The translations under genes were made by a program, and so were the position numbers. Below the pieces are notes generated by a model. That model ran no database searches. It saw only the letters and a list, made by a program, of their open reading frames with translations, and was not told the DNA's origin. A stretch of 64,000 bases of DNA from positions 40,548,001-40,612,000 of the forward strand of contig OX597815.1 of assembly GCA_951406725.2 (NCBI GenBank). Reading direction: 5' to 3'. This document shows, piece by piece, positions 1 through 13,567 of this stretch (positions are counted from its first letter, which is position 1; each line of letters opens with the position of its first letter). This DNA is from Octopus vulgaris (Eukaryota).

Positions 1-365
1 TGTAATTATTCATCATCTATAATTCCTAAATCTGGAAATTGTCAGATCTACATGATGCAATTTTCTCAAATATCTTTGCACTCAAAAATCTTTTACATAT
101 TTACTTTTATTCATTATACTATAAGCCTAAGGCCTAGCAGGATGTATAAAAAAACAAGAGTCAACTATATGTATATATAAAATATGTTTTATTTGAGAAC
201 ATAATCTTTGTGGAGAATGGCAATTTGACGTCTATATCTAGCATGTTGACTGTCCACTTTTCGTGTTCAGTCCTTAATTGGTATATATAAATATTTTAAT
301 CTTTGGATTCTTTTTAATATGCTAGACCACTGGTTTTAATTGACTAATATCAATTTCTACCCTTA

Positions 366-399
<34 letters not shown>

Positions 400-404
<5 letters not shown>

Positions 405-1274
405 GGTGCAATGGGTAAATCATTGGCATGTTATATTTTTATTTTTGCGCATGCACCTGGTTTGTTTTTGATTGTCAACTACACAGTATGGTAGGGTCAG
501 TTGAGCATCATCTGAGAAAAACAGCACCATGACGCAATTCACTCTGCCAGAAATCTGGAAACAGCATGCTGTACTGCTTGGCATTCACACTGGAAGCTCC
601 AGTATGAATATTTCAGCGTGTTTGGGTGTCAATCTGAGGACATGTACTGGTGATTAAAATCAAACATCCAGTCAGCATCATGGTGTATGGAGTGACCACT
701 AGTGATGGTGACGTTATGCCTTGATTCATCTGCCCACATGGCCTCAGGTTTAACATGGAGGCCAACATCAAGTACCTGGAGAAGGTAGTGCTGCCCTTGG
801 TCAAGAGGATGGCTGCTGGAAGACCCAATGTCTAGCAACAGGACTCTGCACCATTCCACACAAGCGGGAGAACTCAGTCATGGCTGTCAGACAATCTTTG
901 TGACTACATCACCTACCTCTTAATAATCTGGCCACCTAACTCCCCAGACTGCAACCTCCTTGATTATTATGTGTGGGGCACAGCTGAACAAGAGACCAAC
1001 AAAACCCCTTGTAACACGAAAGATAAACTGAAGGTAAGGATTATGGCAGCATTCACCAACTTAAACAAGGAGACCATCCAGAAGAGTTGCAGGAGATTCC
1101 AAAGCCATCTGGAGGCCGTGGTTGAAATCAATGGTGATTTTATTGAATAAATTTACTCTTTAGTATTTCAAGATATTTTTATGTAATTTTGATAAATATA
1201 TCTGTTAAAATAAGATGTCAGTGTTATTTTCATTTTTGCATAATTTAGATGATAATATATTCACTGCACTCTAT
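400..1274 (+). mobile_element. Decayed Tc1/mariner DNA transposon (maT/DD37D-like), internally deleted
   Basis: TIR TACAGGGTGC... with a decayed partner GCACTCTA, in a TA context. Broken transposase reads KHPVSIMVYG...QQDSAPFH...WPPNSPDCNLLDYYVWG with in-frame stops. Confidence 0.85.
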
Positions 1275-1988
1275 GTGTGTGTGTGTATGTATATATATAT
1301 ATATATATATATATGGTACTCCAGTTTCCCAAATAGTCACTAAACCAATAAATCTCACAGTCAATCATTCAGTAAATAGATCTGTTCTTTCCAACTGATA
1401 TATTTATGACAACAACCACACAGCACTCTAGATATAGCAATGGGGAAAAAAATCTCACCAATATTACTTGTATTGAATTTTTTCTGGTTTAAAAAATTTC
1501 CAAACATTTCATATGGATACTTATTTCAAATCTACATACACATACATGTTCTAGAACTCTTTCTGCATTTCCTCTTATATTTTATACCTCTAATCATTAA
1601 CAGTAGTACATTTGGAACACCTGTACACATACAAATATTTAGAGACACACGACAATGTATATTTTATATTAAACCTCATTAAAATTTTTAATCAAATCTT
1701 GAAATTAATTATTCAAATATTTAAATTAAAAATGTACATTTTAATTGTTGCAGAAGAACATAATCCATATTATAAAATGATTTATTTACTTTAAGAATCT
1801 CAAAACATTATTCTCTAATCTGTATACAAATATCAATATTATATTTGCAAAGCAATCCAATCTGATAGAAGATTAGGAAATAAAAGATACAAGCGAAAGA
1901 AGGATGAAATAGCTAGTAAGTGTGTTAAATCAACACTGCTAAGACTATTACTGGGATATATTTTGGAAGCGGTGAAAGAAATACTTAC

Positions 1989-2112
1989 TCAGCATCATTG
2001 CGTACACAACAGTCAAGATCTAAGATATGGTTACCAATAAACCAAACAAGATTTGAAAAATAAGGAGCTGCTGTTCGATCCCGAATATATCTCAACATTG
2101 CTTTATCATCCA
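1989..2112 (-). CDS. CLEC16A: CLEC16A exon 7 (DDKAMLRYIRDRTAAPYFSNLVWFIGNHILDLDCCVRNDA-); gene continues beyond window start
   Basis: Poly-T tract plus CAG acceptor, GTAAGT donor, 124 nt. PYFSNLVWFIG motif. Confidence 0.96.
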
Positions 2113-3810
2113 CTGGAAAAAAAAAAAAACAATTTTACTTTAAAATCAAATTATATATATTTCAATATAAAGGAAATGTTAATTTGCAAATCATATTTTA
2201 GGATATATATCTAAATTTATAGCTAAAGATTGTTAAAATAAATTTCTTTTCACAAGTCACAATTTTTGAAGAGAAATGATGAGTTGATCCTAGTATTTAA
2301 CTGGTATTTATTTAATTAGCATTAGAAGGGTGAAAGGCAATGGCTACTACAGAAAGATTGAAACACAGTTATGAGACACCAAGATCTAACCATCTCAGTG
2401 GTCCTTAAATTTACTAAAATAAAAAAAATGATCAAAGAAGTAAGATAGTTTAAGAAAAAAATAAATTTTCTAAGTTGAGGTTCAACAAAAATAGTTTTGA
2501 ATGAAGAATTTCAAATTAAACCCAGTATAAACATTAAATGGTGGTTTGAAAGTTTTGTGTCAAGATGGCAAAGATGTCCAGGAAAGCTTCCACCATTACA
2601 GCATGAAGAAAATATATTTTAAAAAGTCTGAGAAAGCAGCAGATTAGACAGGAAAATGTTTAGTAGTGAAGAGATCACATCTAAATAATATTAAATCAAG
2701 GCTATTTAGTAACCATCTCCAAATATTTTATCAACCTTCTTCATACCTGACAATGTCTTCCAATGATATACTGAAAAAAAGACTAAACTTCATAATTTTT
2801 CCAAGATTAAATTCCACAAATACTTAAATTAACAATCTATTCAAGCTTCCTCCAAGCAAAGTATCTCACTATTCCTCCTTAATTATCTCAAAAATAAAAT
2901 CAAACTTATTTAATTAATCCTTCAGTATAAGGATATATTAAACCTCATTGAATAAGTATCTCTGCAATTCCTGGAAATATGAAATTCCTAAACAGTGGAA
3001 CAAGAGTCAATAATGTATCAGGTGATCAGGCAAAGAGTAAATTATATATACTCACCAATGATGCACAATGACAGTGGCTAAAACATTTAGCTCAACCCAG
3101 GCCATCTAACTATAAATATATACCAAAAGATGACATAGCTTCAGCTACTGTGAACTATGCTATTTGATCATACTGTGAGGATCCACTAGCTTAGAAGCTT
3201 TGAATTCATGTCTGGCGTTTGAAAATATTTGTTCTCACTGCTTCTGGCTGATTTAGATGCACTACATTAAAATAATACCTTTAATGATACACTTAAAACC
3301 CACATTGACACCATACAATAGGAGAATACTGCCTTTCTTTAAACTGATTTCATTATTTCACTAAGGCTAGTTTTAAAACTTTTGTTTATCTCCCTATAAC
3401 TAATGTTTCCTTATATACAACAATTTCATACATACTGTGGTCATTTACAATGTTTCAAGTTCATGCTATCCATCAAACTATCATGATTTTTATCTTCATA
3501 AACATTATATAGAACAGAAAGTAAACTTCCTTCATTCATAATAATAATCTAAATTTTATATCAGTAAATCAGTCCACTTAGCCATTACTTTAACCAAGTC
3601 ATTCATTAGTCTATATGCATTTTTGTTTACAATGTATAAAAAAGAAACTACATTTTGACAAATGTTTTAAAACCTTGAATAGAATATTAAAAATAGAACT
3701 GTGACTAACTTCTAGTTGTTTTCATACCATACATCCATTGTACAGATAGTGTCATTACTTGCTTCTAAAATACATTTAATGTAATAGTGTAAGGGTTGCA
3801 TCTCACTCAC

Positions 3811-3916
3811 CTCGATATACATTTAAAGTAATAGTTCGGACAGCAATTCGGACCATAGTCTCATGCTGATTGAAAAATTTTATGGCTTCTGTATAAAGTG
3901 CAAAATCATTTGTATG
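3811..3916 (-). CDS. CLEC16A: CLEC16A exon 6 ([36 protein letters not shown])
   Basis: CAG acceptor, GTGAGT donor, 106 nt. [14 protein letters not shown] motif. Confidence 0.97.
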
Positions 3917-4232
3917 CTGCAAAAGAAAAGATAGTAAAGAAGAAATTTTTACAAGAGAAAGTAGTCCTAAGAAACCTTCATCATCATATATCTATATGTA
4001 TATCATCTTCATCATTTTAACATCCTCTTATCCATGCTTGCACAAGTCAGACAGAATTTGTTGAGGCAGGTTTTCTATGATTAGATGCCTTTCCTGTTGC
4101 CAAGTAAGGGAATGCTTCTTCCTGGTTAGACATGTTTTCACAGAAGTTTGGAAACAAAGGACACCATCTATATGATGTTAATATTTTATAATTATCATAG
4201 GAGGTCAAGACAAGGATATACACACATACAAC

Positions 4233-4288
<56 letters not shown>

Positions 4289-5139
4289 CATCATATATAC
4301 ACATGCACATACATGCACGTGATAGGCTTCTAGTGAGAGTGACATATCAACATATAATTCACAAGACTAAAAAGCCCCCTTGAATAAGACCAAGTGGGAG
4401 CTTAATAGAGAGAAAAGTGGCTTTATGATAGATGTTAAAGTACAATAGAAGGAACAGGTTTCTTGCAGTAGAGGAGATACATGGCTACCTTTCATTATAT
4501 AAAGGTAAATGAGAGTAACTAGGATGGAGCTGGAAGAGAGATAAAAATGGTAACAAGATATAAGAATGTGTCCTCAATGCACAAGGTGAATTAAAGAGCT
4601 TATAAGGACAGATTGGGATAGGTGGGTTAGTAGAGGTTGCAAGAGTTTGTGGAGAGATGGGTGGTGAATGGTGAACAAGGGTGGAGAAGTGGTCAGTGGT
4701 AAATATGAATCGTGGGAAGGTGATAAGAATGAGGGATGGATTTCAATAGAATTGGCTCCAGATAAGAAGAGGTGATGGCACACTAGAAGGTAAAAATCAA
4801 ATTATATTTTGATAATCAAGGTTGCCAACAGAGCAATATCCAAATCACTTGTAACATACCTCTAAAGATTAAATAATTGTGTTGGTCATGGAGGAGGGGG
4901 ATATAGTGAAACTCCTTCTTATAATTATTTTTACAACTGTTTTGGTGTATGACAATTTACAAATACCCAAAGACTATTCTCATGAGCAGAATGTTATCTC
5001 AAATTATTTTTAAAATGAAAAACAAAGGAAATGTATTCATACTATAATTCTTTATATTTTTCTATGGCAAGTGGAGAAATGTAATAAAAGAAGAAGGCAA
5101 TATATAAAAATAATGTAAAACCTAAGGACCAATACTTAC

Positions 5140-5220
5140 CTCATTGTAGAAAAAGTGAATTGTATGTCGGTTTAGTTTTAAAGACAATGTTTTCAAGAAT
5201 GAAATATAGTAGGCCATCAC
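5140..5220 (-). CDS. CLEC16A: CLEC16A exon 5 (VMAYYISFLKTLSLKLNRHTIHFFYNE)
   Basis: CAG acceptor, GTAAGT donor, 81 nt. MAYYISFLKTLSLKLN motif. Confidence 0.97.
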
Positions 5221-6532
5221 CTGTAAGATATGGTTAACAGATTTTAACAAAAAGTTACAATAAAGGCAATCATATTGAATACCATAAGAAGACATGAAAA
5301 ATACATCAAGTAATTTTGCTAGGATAAGTTAACTGAGTAGAGCCCATTATTCTTGAAACTACCACAATGAAAGGATTTTAACTCAGCACATCAAATCAAT
5401 GAAACAAAGTTAAATTGTTTATGCTACTTCTAGAAGTTAGCTGTACCTACACATGGTACTTAGATGGACTGAACCAGTGTTAAATTCCTAGATCACTAAC
5501 GCTGAGTAATCCTGGGACACAAAGTATGGATCTATGGCCAACAGACAGACTAACATCATATCAATATAGTCTGTGGCTATAAAAATATAAAATATATAGT
5601 AAAATAAAATATAATATAAAAATATAGTAATTAGAATAAAATATAAAATATTTTATAAAAATATATAGTATATAAAAATATAGTAATTAGAATAAAACAA
5701 ATCTTTGTTAGTTTCATTTGACCCAATCACATAAAAGTCAATACAACAAAAAGATGCTAAATTAGATTATATTCTTATTGGTTTTTACGTTTTTATGTGC
5801 TGAAGAGGAGAGTAAAATGTGCATTCTCTTTCTGGGATTTTTTGTTTCTCACTCTCTCAAATTAAATGTGCATTTAGGTAAAAAAAGGCACATTTCTGAA
5901 GAGAAGCTTTTTTTGACATCTGCATGCTTTTAGGAGTATCACTCAATAACAAAGTATGGTACTTATAAAATAGCTATGTTAAATAAGCAAAACCTTGTTA
6001 AGGACCTTAAATATTTCAGAGAAAAATCAGAGAATTACTTTTTAAGTAAAGGCTATTAAGATAAGATTACTGGTTATATCACAATTGCTACACAGTTGTT
6101 TATCCATTGAATCTCTACACACAAGCAAGGGATACTATTGCAATCAAACTAACATGGTTATATTTTCCTTCTATATTTTTCTGTCATGTGCCAGTACAAC
6201 AATGACATTGGTTTATCAAAATAAGCCCAATTACCATTCACTATTCCAAGAGGATTTTAAAATGGCACAGGTCTGCCACTACTCAAACAAAGTGATAAAT
6301 GTAATCCAAATAAAAATTTTGGGTATACAAAATTTTCCTTTAAATATTTAAGGTACAGATTTTCCCTGAATTTTTCAAGCCACCATCATATTTTTAGGTG
6401 TCCAATGAAATAGTGAGATATTTAGATGAGTAGTAGATCTCATATATCACAATTTTATATCAGATTTTAAGCATTCGATGAAGTGATGGTAAGTATATTT
6501 AGTCAAAAACCTCACTTAGTTTGCTGTCTTAC

Positions 6533-6600
6533 CTCTTCATCTGAGAAATCAAATTTATGAACAATGATAGAGTTGATGTGGTTGTTTGAGAGTAAATAGT
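6533..6600 (-). CDS. CLEC16A: CLEC16A exon 4 (YLLSNNHINSIIVHKFDFSDEE)
   Basis: CAG acceptor, GTAAGA donor, 68 nt, frame continuous. Confidence 0.96.
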
Positions 6601-6828
6601 CTGGAAAAAGAAGAAAACATACAATTATTCTTTTGAAAATATCTCCAAATTATTGAATGGTTATTAAGATTACTAATAATATTACAGATGATACAACATT
6701 TAATTTCTTCAAATTAGAAGTAGATCAATTTTGAAGGTGTAAGGATTGAAAAAGGAAAAAAATACAACTGGATTTTTTTTTATATATCATTCATAAACAA
6801 AGTAAATGAAAGTATGATATATACTTAC

Positions 6829-6962
6829 ACAATGAGGTTTCATTACTAATATTTTCAAATAAAATATTTAAAGTCTGTAACAACTGGACACAGATGTAGC
6901 GACCACATTTTTGACGTAGATAACGTAGAAAAAATGACAGCATGTTCTTTTCCAAGAAAAAG
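6829..6962 (-). CDS. CLEC16A: CLEC16A exon 3 (FFLEKNMLSFFLRYLRQKCGRYICVQLLQTLNILFENISNETSL-Y)
   Basis: CAG acceptor, GTAAGT donor, 134 nt, frame continuous. FFLEKNM and VQLLQTLNILFENIS motifs. Confidence 0.97.
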
Positions 6963-7243
6963 CTGTAAAAGATTTATCAAACAAAATTGATCTTAAACTA
7001 ACAGTAAACCAAAAGATAACACAGATTACTGCATACAAAGTGTTCCAGGCATATTAGGAAAAGCTTCAACAATATAATATGAACTTGATAAAAACTTTTT
7101 AAAAATTAATCTAAAGTTGAGGAAAATTATAGTGTATATCTCTATCTGCATTTTGATTCCTTTGATCAACCTTGGGGTTTTTATTACTGGATATGTTCAG
7201 GAACAAAATACCTGATAATGAATCAAGATTAAACCAACTAGAA

Positions 7244-7280
<37 letters not shown>

Positions 7281-10254
7281 TCTTAAGGTGTTGGGGGGAT
7301 ATAATCTTATTAAAAACAAATCATTTTAGACATTTAAAAATTTTATCAACTTGTTAGTATCTATGAAATTTATTGTTTTTTTTATATTGTGTTTAGAGTA
7401 AAAGAAGATCATTAAATATGTTATGGGAGGAGTATACTCAATAAATTGATCCAGTAATGTTCTTCTCCAACTGAAGGTTGAAAGGTAAAACAAGGAGAAC
7501 AAAACACAACACTGTAAAGCATTTGAACTGATATTATTGTAACAATCACAGCTTCTAACCCTATAAAGATATATATGCTAGACTGTGCTGAATGATCAAA
7601 TATAGAAAAATATATTTTGGGTTGAGTTACACTTGTTGGCATGAAACTTGATTTGAGAGTGTGTACTGGGACTAAAATAACTGCATAAGCCATGAAAAAG
7701 TACACTGTTATAAATAACTTTATTTTATGGTTATTTCATTATAAAACTTACACATAAACATTTCCTATTCCCTCCACCAACCTTCTGTTGCAAAATTTTA
7801 AAGACATAGTATTAACATCTTGATAATATTTCTATCTTCCAACAATTCTAGAGAAACAATGTTTCACTCAAAAAGGAAAACTAATTAAAGGACTAAGTCC
7901 CAAATTAATGATACAATGACCATGAGGTCAAACTCTACAATAATCTTTTCTTTTTTTATACATTTGTTTATATACATTTAGATATCATCAGCAACAGCTA
8001 TTGATTTCTACTCAGGTGGAAGAATGAAACAAAAGGAAATATATTTTTTTAAAAGATCTTAATTGTGTAATATATCTTTTTAAACAATCTTAATTGTCAG
8101 CAAAGCTTACCATTCCTATATTAATAAACTCATTTACAATCTTCAGGCTATTATTGCAAATCCATTTCAACTCATGACAGTTTCTCATTTAGCATACATA
8201 TTATAACATTTACTTGGTCCAGTACTGGACTGTGGCCATGCTGGGGTGTCCCCTTGAAAGATTTTAGTTGAACAAATCAACCCCAAGACTTATTTTTTTA
8301 AAGCCTGGTATTTATTCTATCAGTTTCTTTTGCTGAACCACTAAGTTACAAGGACATAAACACACCAATATCAGTTGTCAAGTAGTGGCTGGGGACAAAT
8401 ATGGATACAAAGGTACACACATAGATATATGATAGGCTTCTTTCAGTTTCCATCTCCCAAATCCACTCACAAGGCTTTAGTTGGCACAAGGATACTGTAA
8501 AAGATACTTGCCCAAGATGCCACACAGTGGGACTGAACCAAGACCGTGTGGTTGGGAAGCAAATTTACCATACAGTCACACCTGTGTCTAGGTGTATGTG
8601 TATCTACATAACTGGCACCTGTGCTGTGGCACATAAAAAGCCCCTTTCCAGCACTGGGCCTCATGTAGGCAATGTGGCTGATGCTGGTGTCATGTAATTA
8701 GCACCCATGCTGGTGACATGTAAAGAGCACCTTCTGAACACTGGGCCTCTCAGAGAAATGACAAGAAATGACCCATCGAGCCAAGTGAAATCGTAGCCAT
8801 GGTAAATATTGATGTCATGCAAACTGACACCCATGCCAGTGGTACATAAAAGCACCCATTACATTCTCAGAGTGGTTGGCATTAGGAAGGGCATCCAACC
8901 ATAGAAAGCATGCCAAATCACACTAGATTTTGGTGTAGCCCCTCAGCTTCCCAGCCCTGGTTAAACCATCCAATCCATGCCAGCATCATCATCATTGTTG
9001 TTGTTTTTATATCCACTTAGCTATGCTGGCATGAGTTGGCTAGAAAATTTTGAGGCAATGTATACAGATATCTTCCTTCCTGACAACAGTGACACAATGT
9101 ACTTAATCTAAAAACCAGGATACATGTGGTGCATGCATGTGTACACACACACACACACACATTATCCATTCATATTATACATCTACTTCCAGGTAATCAT
9201 CTCTTCACCATTTTGACCAATAAGGTTTCACACAAGCAGAAAAACTCATTGTTGCCTGCGGAGGTTAAAGTTCCCAGACCTATGCGATATCCAAATACAC
9301 ATCACAACCTAATCAATTACTTAGGAAATAGAACATATTTATTACTTCCAGGAAGTCATCCATGCAATGTATGGTCTTCAATCCATGACTGATTAGGTTG
9401 TTCTGCTTACAACTGATTGACAGAGTGTATGCGAGAAAGAGAGAGAGATCAGGAGTAAATAGACCCTTCAGAAAGGGAAAAAAAATGAAAGGTGATGTTC
9501 ATGCCTTCCCCAAGGGAATTAGCAATGTCAGTGAAAATGCTTCAGTGGGAATTGAGCCAGTCTTGCAGTGTTTTCCAGCTGTGTTCCACCTACACTACAA
9601 ATCTTACTACTGCTAGCCATTGCAATGCAACTACACAACATGCTGTACAAATTAAGATACATAACAGTCCACAAAACTCAGATATATGTTTCACTGTAAC
9701 AAATCATCATCATTTAATGTTCATTCTCCATGCTGGCATAGATTGTTGAATGTTTTAACAGGAGCTGGCCAGCCAGAGAACTGCACTAGGATCTAATTAT
9801 CTGTTTTGGCATGGTTTCTATGGCTGGATGCCCTTCCTAAAGCAAACCACTTTACAATGTGTACTGGGTGCTTTAAACATGGCACCAGCACAGGTGCTTT
9901 ATATGTAGTAGCAGAGCAGGTGCTTTTTATGTGGCACCAACATGTGTGCTAATCCTAAAGGACAGCACATGGCAACAAGCTATGTGTATGTATACATACA
10001 TTCGTTTTCTGAGAATAAATCAAAAATTGTTTATATTCAGAGAGAAAGAAGCACAAAAGAGCACTATATATGCTATTTGTGTTTGTATCCACACTAGTTT
10101 TAAGATATAAAGAAATTATTATATTGATATTATTTTGCTGTACAATAATTTTCATTGGATTAAAGGAATTCACTGAGTAAGAAAATTGTGAAATAATCAC
10201 GTATACTGTTAAGTAGAAAAGTACAAGTATAACACAGATTATGATAATACTTAC

Positions 10255-10383
10255 TCAAACACAGAACTGTCATGTTGATCCCCCCATATAAGTATTTCAG
10301 AAATAGATCTCAATGTCTCCACCAGCAGGCACCGGTTATTTTCAGTCACTGTTTGATTTTTACATAAAATACTGTACAAATAC
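10255..10383 (-). CDS. CLEC16A: CLEC16A exon 2 (K-YLYSILCKNQTVTENNRCLLVETLRSISEILIWGDQHDSSVF-D)
   Basis: CAG acceptor, GTAAGT donor, 129 nt. Contains the diagnostic LVETLRSISEILIWGDQ motif of the FPL domain family. Confidence 0.97.
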
Positions 10384-10494
10384 CTGTTTAAAAACCATAA
10401 AAGAAAAAAAGAGTTTAGTTAAGTCAAATTTAAGCAAATAGAAATTATCACATAATATTAAATGATTTCCCTGTTATTATAATTAATATACATA

Positions 10495-10665
10495 TACTGT
10501 ATTTATTCGTGTATAAATTGCACAATTTTATACTTGGTTTTAACTGAAAATCTTGGAGTATGATTTATACACAGCACAAAGTTAAAACTAAGAGGAAATA
10601 AAAATTTTGTACCAAGATTTAGCATTAAATTAGGGGTGCAACTTTATACACGAGTAAATACAGTA
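10495..10665. mobile_element. Tc1/pogo-type MITE
   Basis: TIRs TACTGTATTTATTCGTGTATAAATTGCAC and GTGCAACTTTATACACGAGTAAATACAGTA. Confidence 0.75.
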
Positions 10666-11590
10666 GTTTCGCTTAAGTGTGACATAGCTACAAGAATTTT
10701 CCATTTGATTTTATATATTGTGTAGTCTACCTACCAACATATGATAATTGTGATTAAATATTGGAAAATAGATGTTGTGATGTCCATATAGTCATTAGCA
10801 ATATAAGTGCAGTGAAATGGTTCCAATTAAGAATTAGAACTATGTCAACAATTATACTCATCAAGAACTTACCATCATTTCATGGGTTTTGTCATTACTT
10901 TATGCATAAAAGAACAAAAATTGAAGAAATAATGCATAAGGAAAATCTAACAGAGCAAGCAAAGCTAAAGCATATATACGAAAAAAAAGTTTAAAAGAAT
11001 GCTGTATAATAATTTCAGTACTGAAGTTCAAAACTAAAAATTGACAGGTCATCATACAAGCCTCTTCTTGGCATTGAGTCAACACCAAAGTATCATGTAA
11101 ATTAAAACTCCCAATGTCAATTTTCAGATAAACACTTCCACTACTATCATTGCTGTATGTTCATTTTTCTCTGTATGAAGGCTAGATGCTATTAAAGTCT
11201 AGTATTTTTTAGTTGTGTCTTCCTTCTCAGATATTGAAGTGGTCCACTTTATTTCCTTGAATCACCCTGAACTTGTGTTATCCACATAGAAAGTTATCAC
11301 CCCCACTTTGACCATCTGTTGACAATTTATGCTCTGTATGTATATACTAAACCAGTGTTGTCAGTTTTATCAGGCAATATCCTTGATATTGAGAACACTA
11401 AATGTTGAAATACTCCAACTCAAGTTTTGCAAAACAGTTCCATCTAATCATGGCACTGTCATTTTGAACAAGGTAGTTTAAGTCTTAGACATTAGTAGAA
11501 AAAAATTGACTAACAAAGTAGCATGTTACAAATATAAAAATTATTAATTTACTCCTCTAACACTAAAGGATACACACAGGTAACTCAGAA

Positions 11591-12761
11591 AAGATAAACA
11601 TGTCAAGGTGACTGCATCAGAACCATTGGAATTAATTAAACTAAGTAGCAAAAAGAATCACAACCTCAAAACTTTCATTAACCACGGTCATTTGCTGGAG
11701 TTGAGGCTCTTGAGGGGTATTGCATGTAGTACAATGTTATAGTTGACAAGCAAAAGAATGGAGGAATCCAAAAAGTTGGTAAAGATTCTTTACAATTCAA
11801 ATAGAATATTTAAAACTTTACATTGGTTACAGTATGGTGAACATAGTGTTAAGGAAACAATAGAAAAAGCCCCAAAATCAACTGAAAACAATTATAGTGT
11901 TCATAAACAAAAGTTACAATTGCAATTAAGCTATTTAATTTGAAACATAAACTATCAGAAACTGCACAAATAGAACCAAAACTATATTAAAACAGACTGA
12001 ATTTCCAACTGCTACAGTCCTAAATAAATCATAATCCTTTACTATCACAAATTTGCTGATACATTCATCATTACATCCAAAGATCCTTAGTCAAAGGGAT
12101 CCTGCTTAGTAGCTGTAGTAAATACGGTTGAAGGAGAAGAATACTGTACAAATACTGTACAGTGACCCAGTGATTGGAGTGTGTTAATACAGGTTCATCT
12201 ATTAGATGAACCTGTATTAACACACTCCAATCACTGGGTCACTGTACAGTATTTGTACAGTATTCTTCTCCCTCAACCGTATTTACTACAGCTACTAAGC
12301 AGGATCCCTTTGACTAAGGATCTATGCATCAGATTGTGTGATGCTCCATGCATGAGTTTAATGGAGAACAGCAGCCATAACATGTCCCAATGGACCAGTT
12401 TGTATTTAATAAAGCAGACTGGTCCTTAGCTGAACCATGTTCATATGGTACCTATACCAGACAACCAACACTGAGTGAAGGGTTCTGTTCAGAAGCAGAA
12501 GAGAAGCAATAGATATCAACATTTGATTAATGGACAGATAGGCTAATACTCAGATCACTCAGTTTTTCCTAGTACTCTCTTCTTTCAACTCTAAACTACA
12601 GTTAGAAAACCAAGTCAGTCAACCTGCTTAATCCTTTTGATACCAACACACACAAGACTGCTGCTAGTCAGTAAGATAAACATGTCAAGGTGACTGCATC
12701 AGAACCATTGGAATTAAATAAACTAAGTAGCAAAAAGAATCACAACCTCAAAACTTTCATT
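11591..12761. repeat. 89-bp direct repeats (11591-11679, 12673-12761) enclosing 993 bp
   Basis: AAGATAAACATGTCAAGG...AAACTTTCATT occurs twice with one mismatch. Confidence 0.93.
12081..12323. repeat. 243-bp near-perfect palindrome
   Basis: 121-bp arms around T12202 with one mismatch (GAAGGAG vs GAGGGAG). Confidence 0.95.
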
Positions 12762-12999
12762 TGCTTATTGTTTCTAACGTAATCTAAATTAAAATCTGCC
12801 ATAAAAATTTTATGTTAATTTATGTTCCAAACACCAGCTAAATAATAACCAAGTTATTTTATTAAATTCATAATTTTCAAAATTAATTGAAACAAAGGCA
12901 GTGTATTTCAAGAGAAATGTGGCAACAAAAAGATTAAAACTGACAATTTCAGAACTCTACGTAGTGTATATGATAACCCCTGCTATTAATCACCAACCA

Positions 13000-13320
13000 G
13001 CATTGCCTTACTGGCACATGAAAAAACATTCAAGCGAGGTCATTGCCATGGCCACTGGACTGGCTCCTGTGCAGGTGGTACATAAAAAACACCATTTGAG
13101 TGTGGCTGTTGCCAGTACCACCTGACTGGCCCTCATGCCAGTGGTACGTAAAAGCACCCACTACACTCTCGGAGTGGTTGGCGTTAGGAAGGGCATCCAG
13201 CTGTAGAAACTCTGCCAGATCAGATTGGAGCCTGGTGCAGCCACCTGATTCGCCAGTCCTCAGTCAAATCGTCCAATCCATGCTAGCATGGAAAGCGGAC
13301 GTTAAACAATGATGATGATG
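13000..13320 (+). mobile_element. Non-autonomous retroposon with RTE-like 3' end and (GAT)n tail; copies ~8590-8985(+), ~9705-9940(-), ~15333-15470(-), ~16036-16330(-), ~21873-22080(-)
   Basis: Recurrent GAGTGGTTGGCGTTAGGAAGGGCATCCAGCTGTAGAAAC...GCATGGAAAGCGGACGTTAAAC(GAT)n. Confidence 0.75.
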
Positions 13321-13567
13321 AACATATACTTAACATGAATCACAACAACCTCATGCAATATACTTAAAATTTTAGGAGTATCTGAAAGGACAACAGTCAC
13401 TGACCTCATCCCCGGTCAAATAAAAAAATGTCTATCTTGGAAAAACTCACTGTAGTGTAAATAAAAAAAGCAAATGATCATTCAGAAATTACATAGCCAA
13501 AAGAGATTGATGAACTATTTAGAATCCAATAGAAATTTCAATGACAAGAAGAGATCCAGAGGAATAG

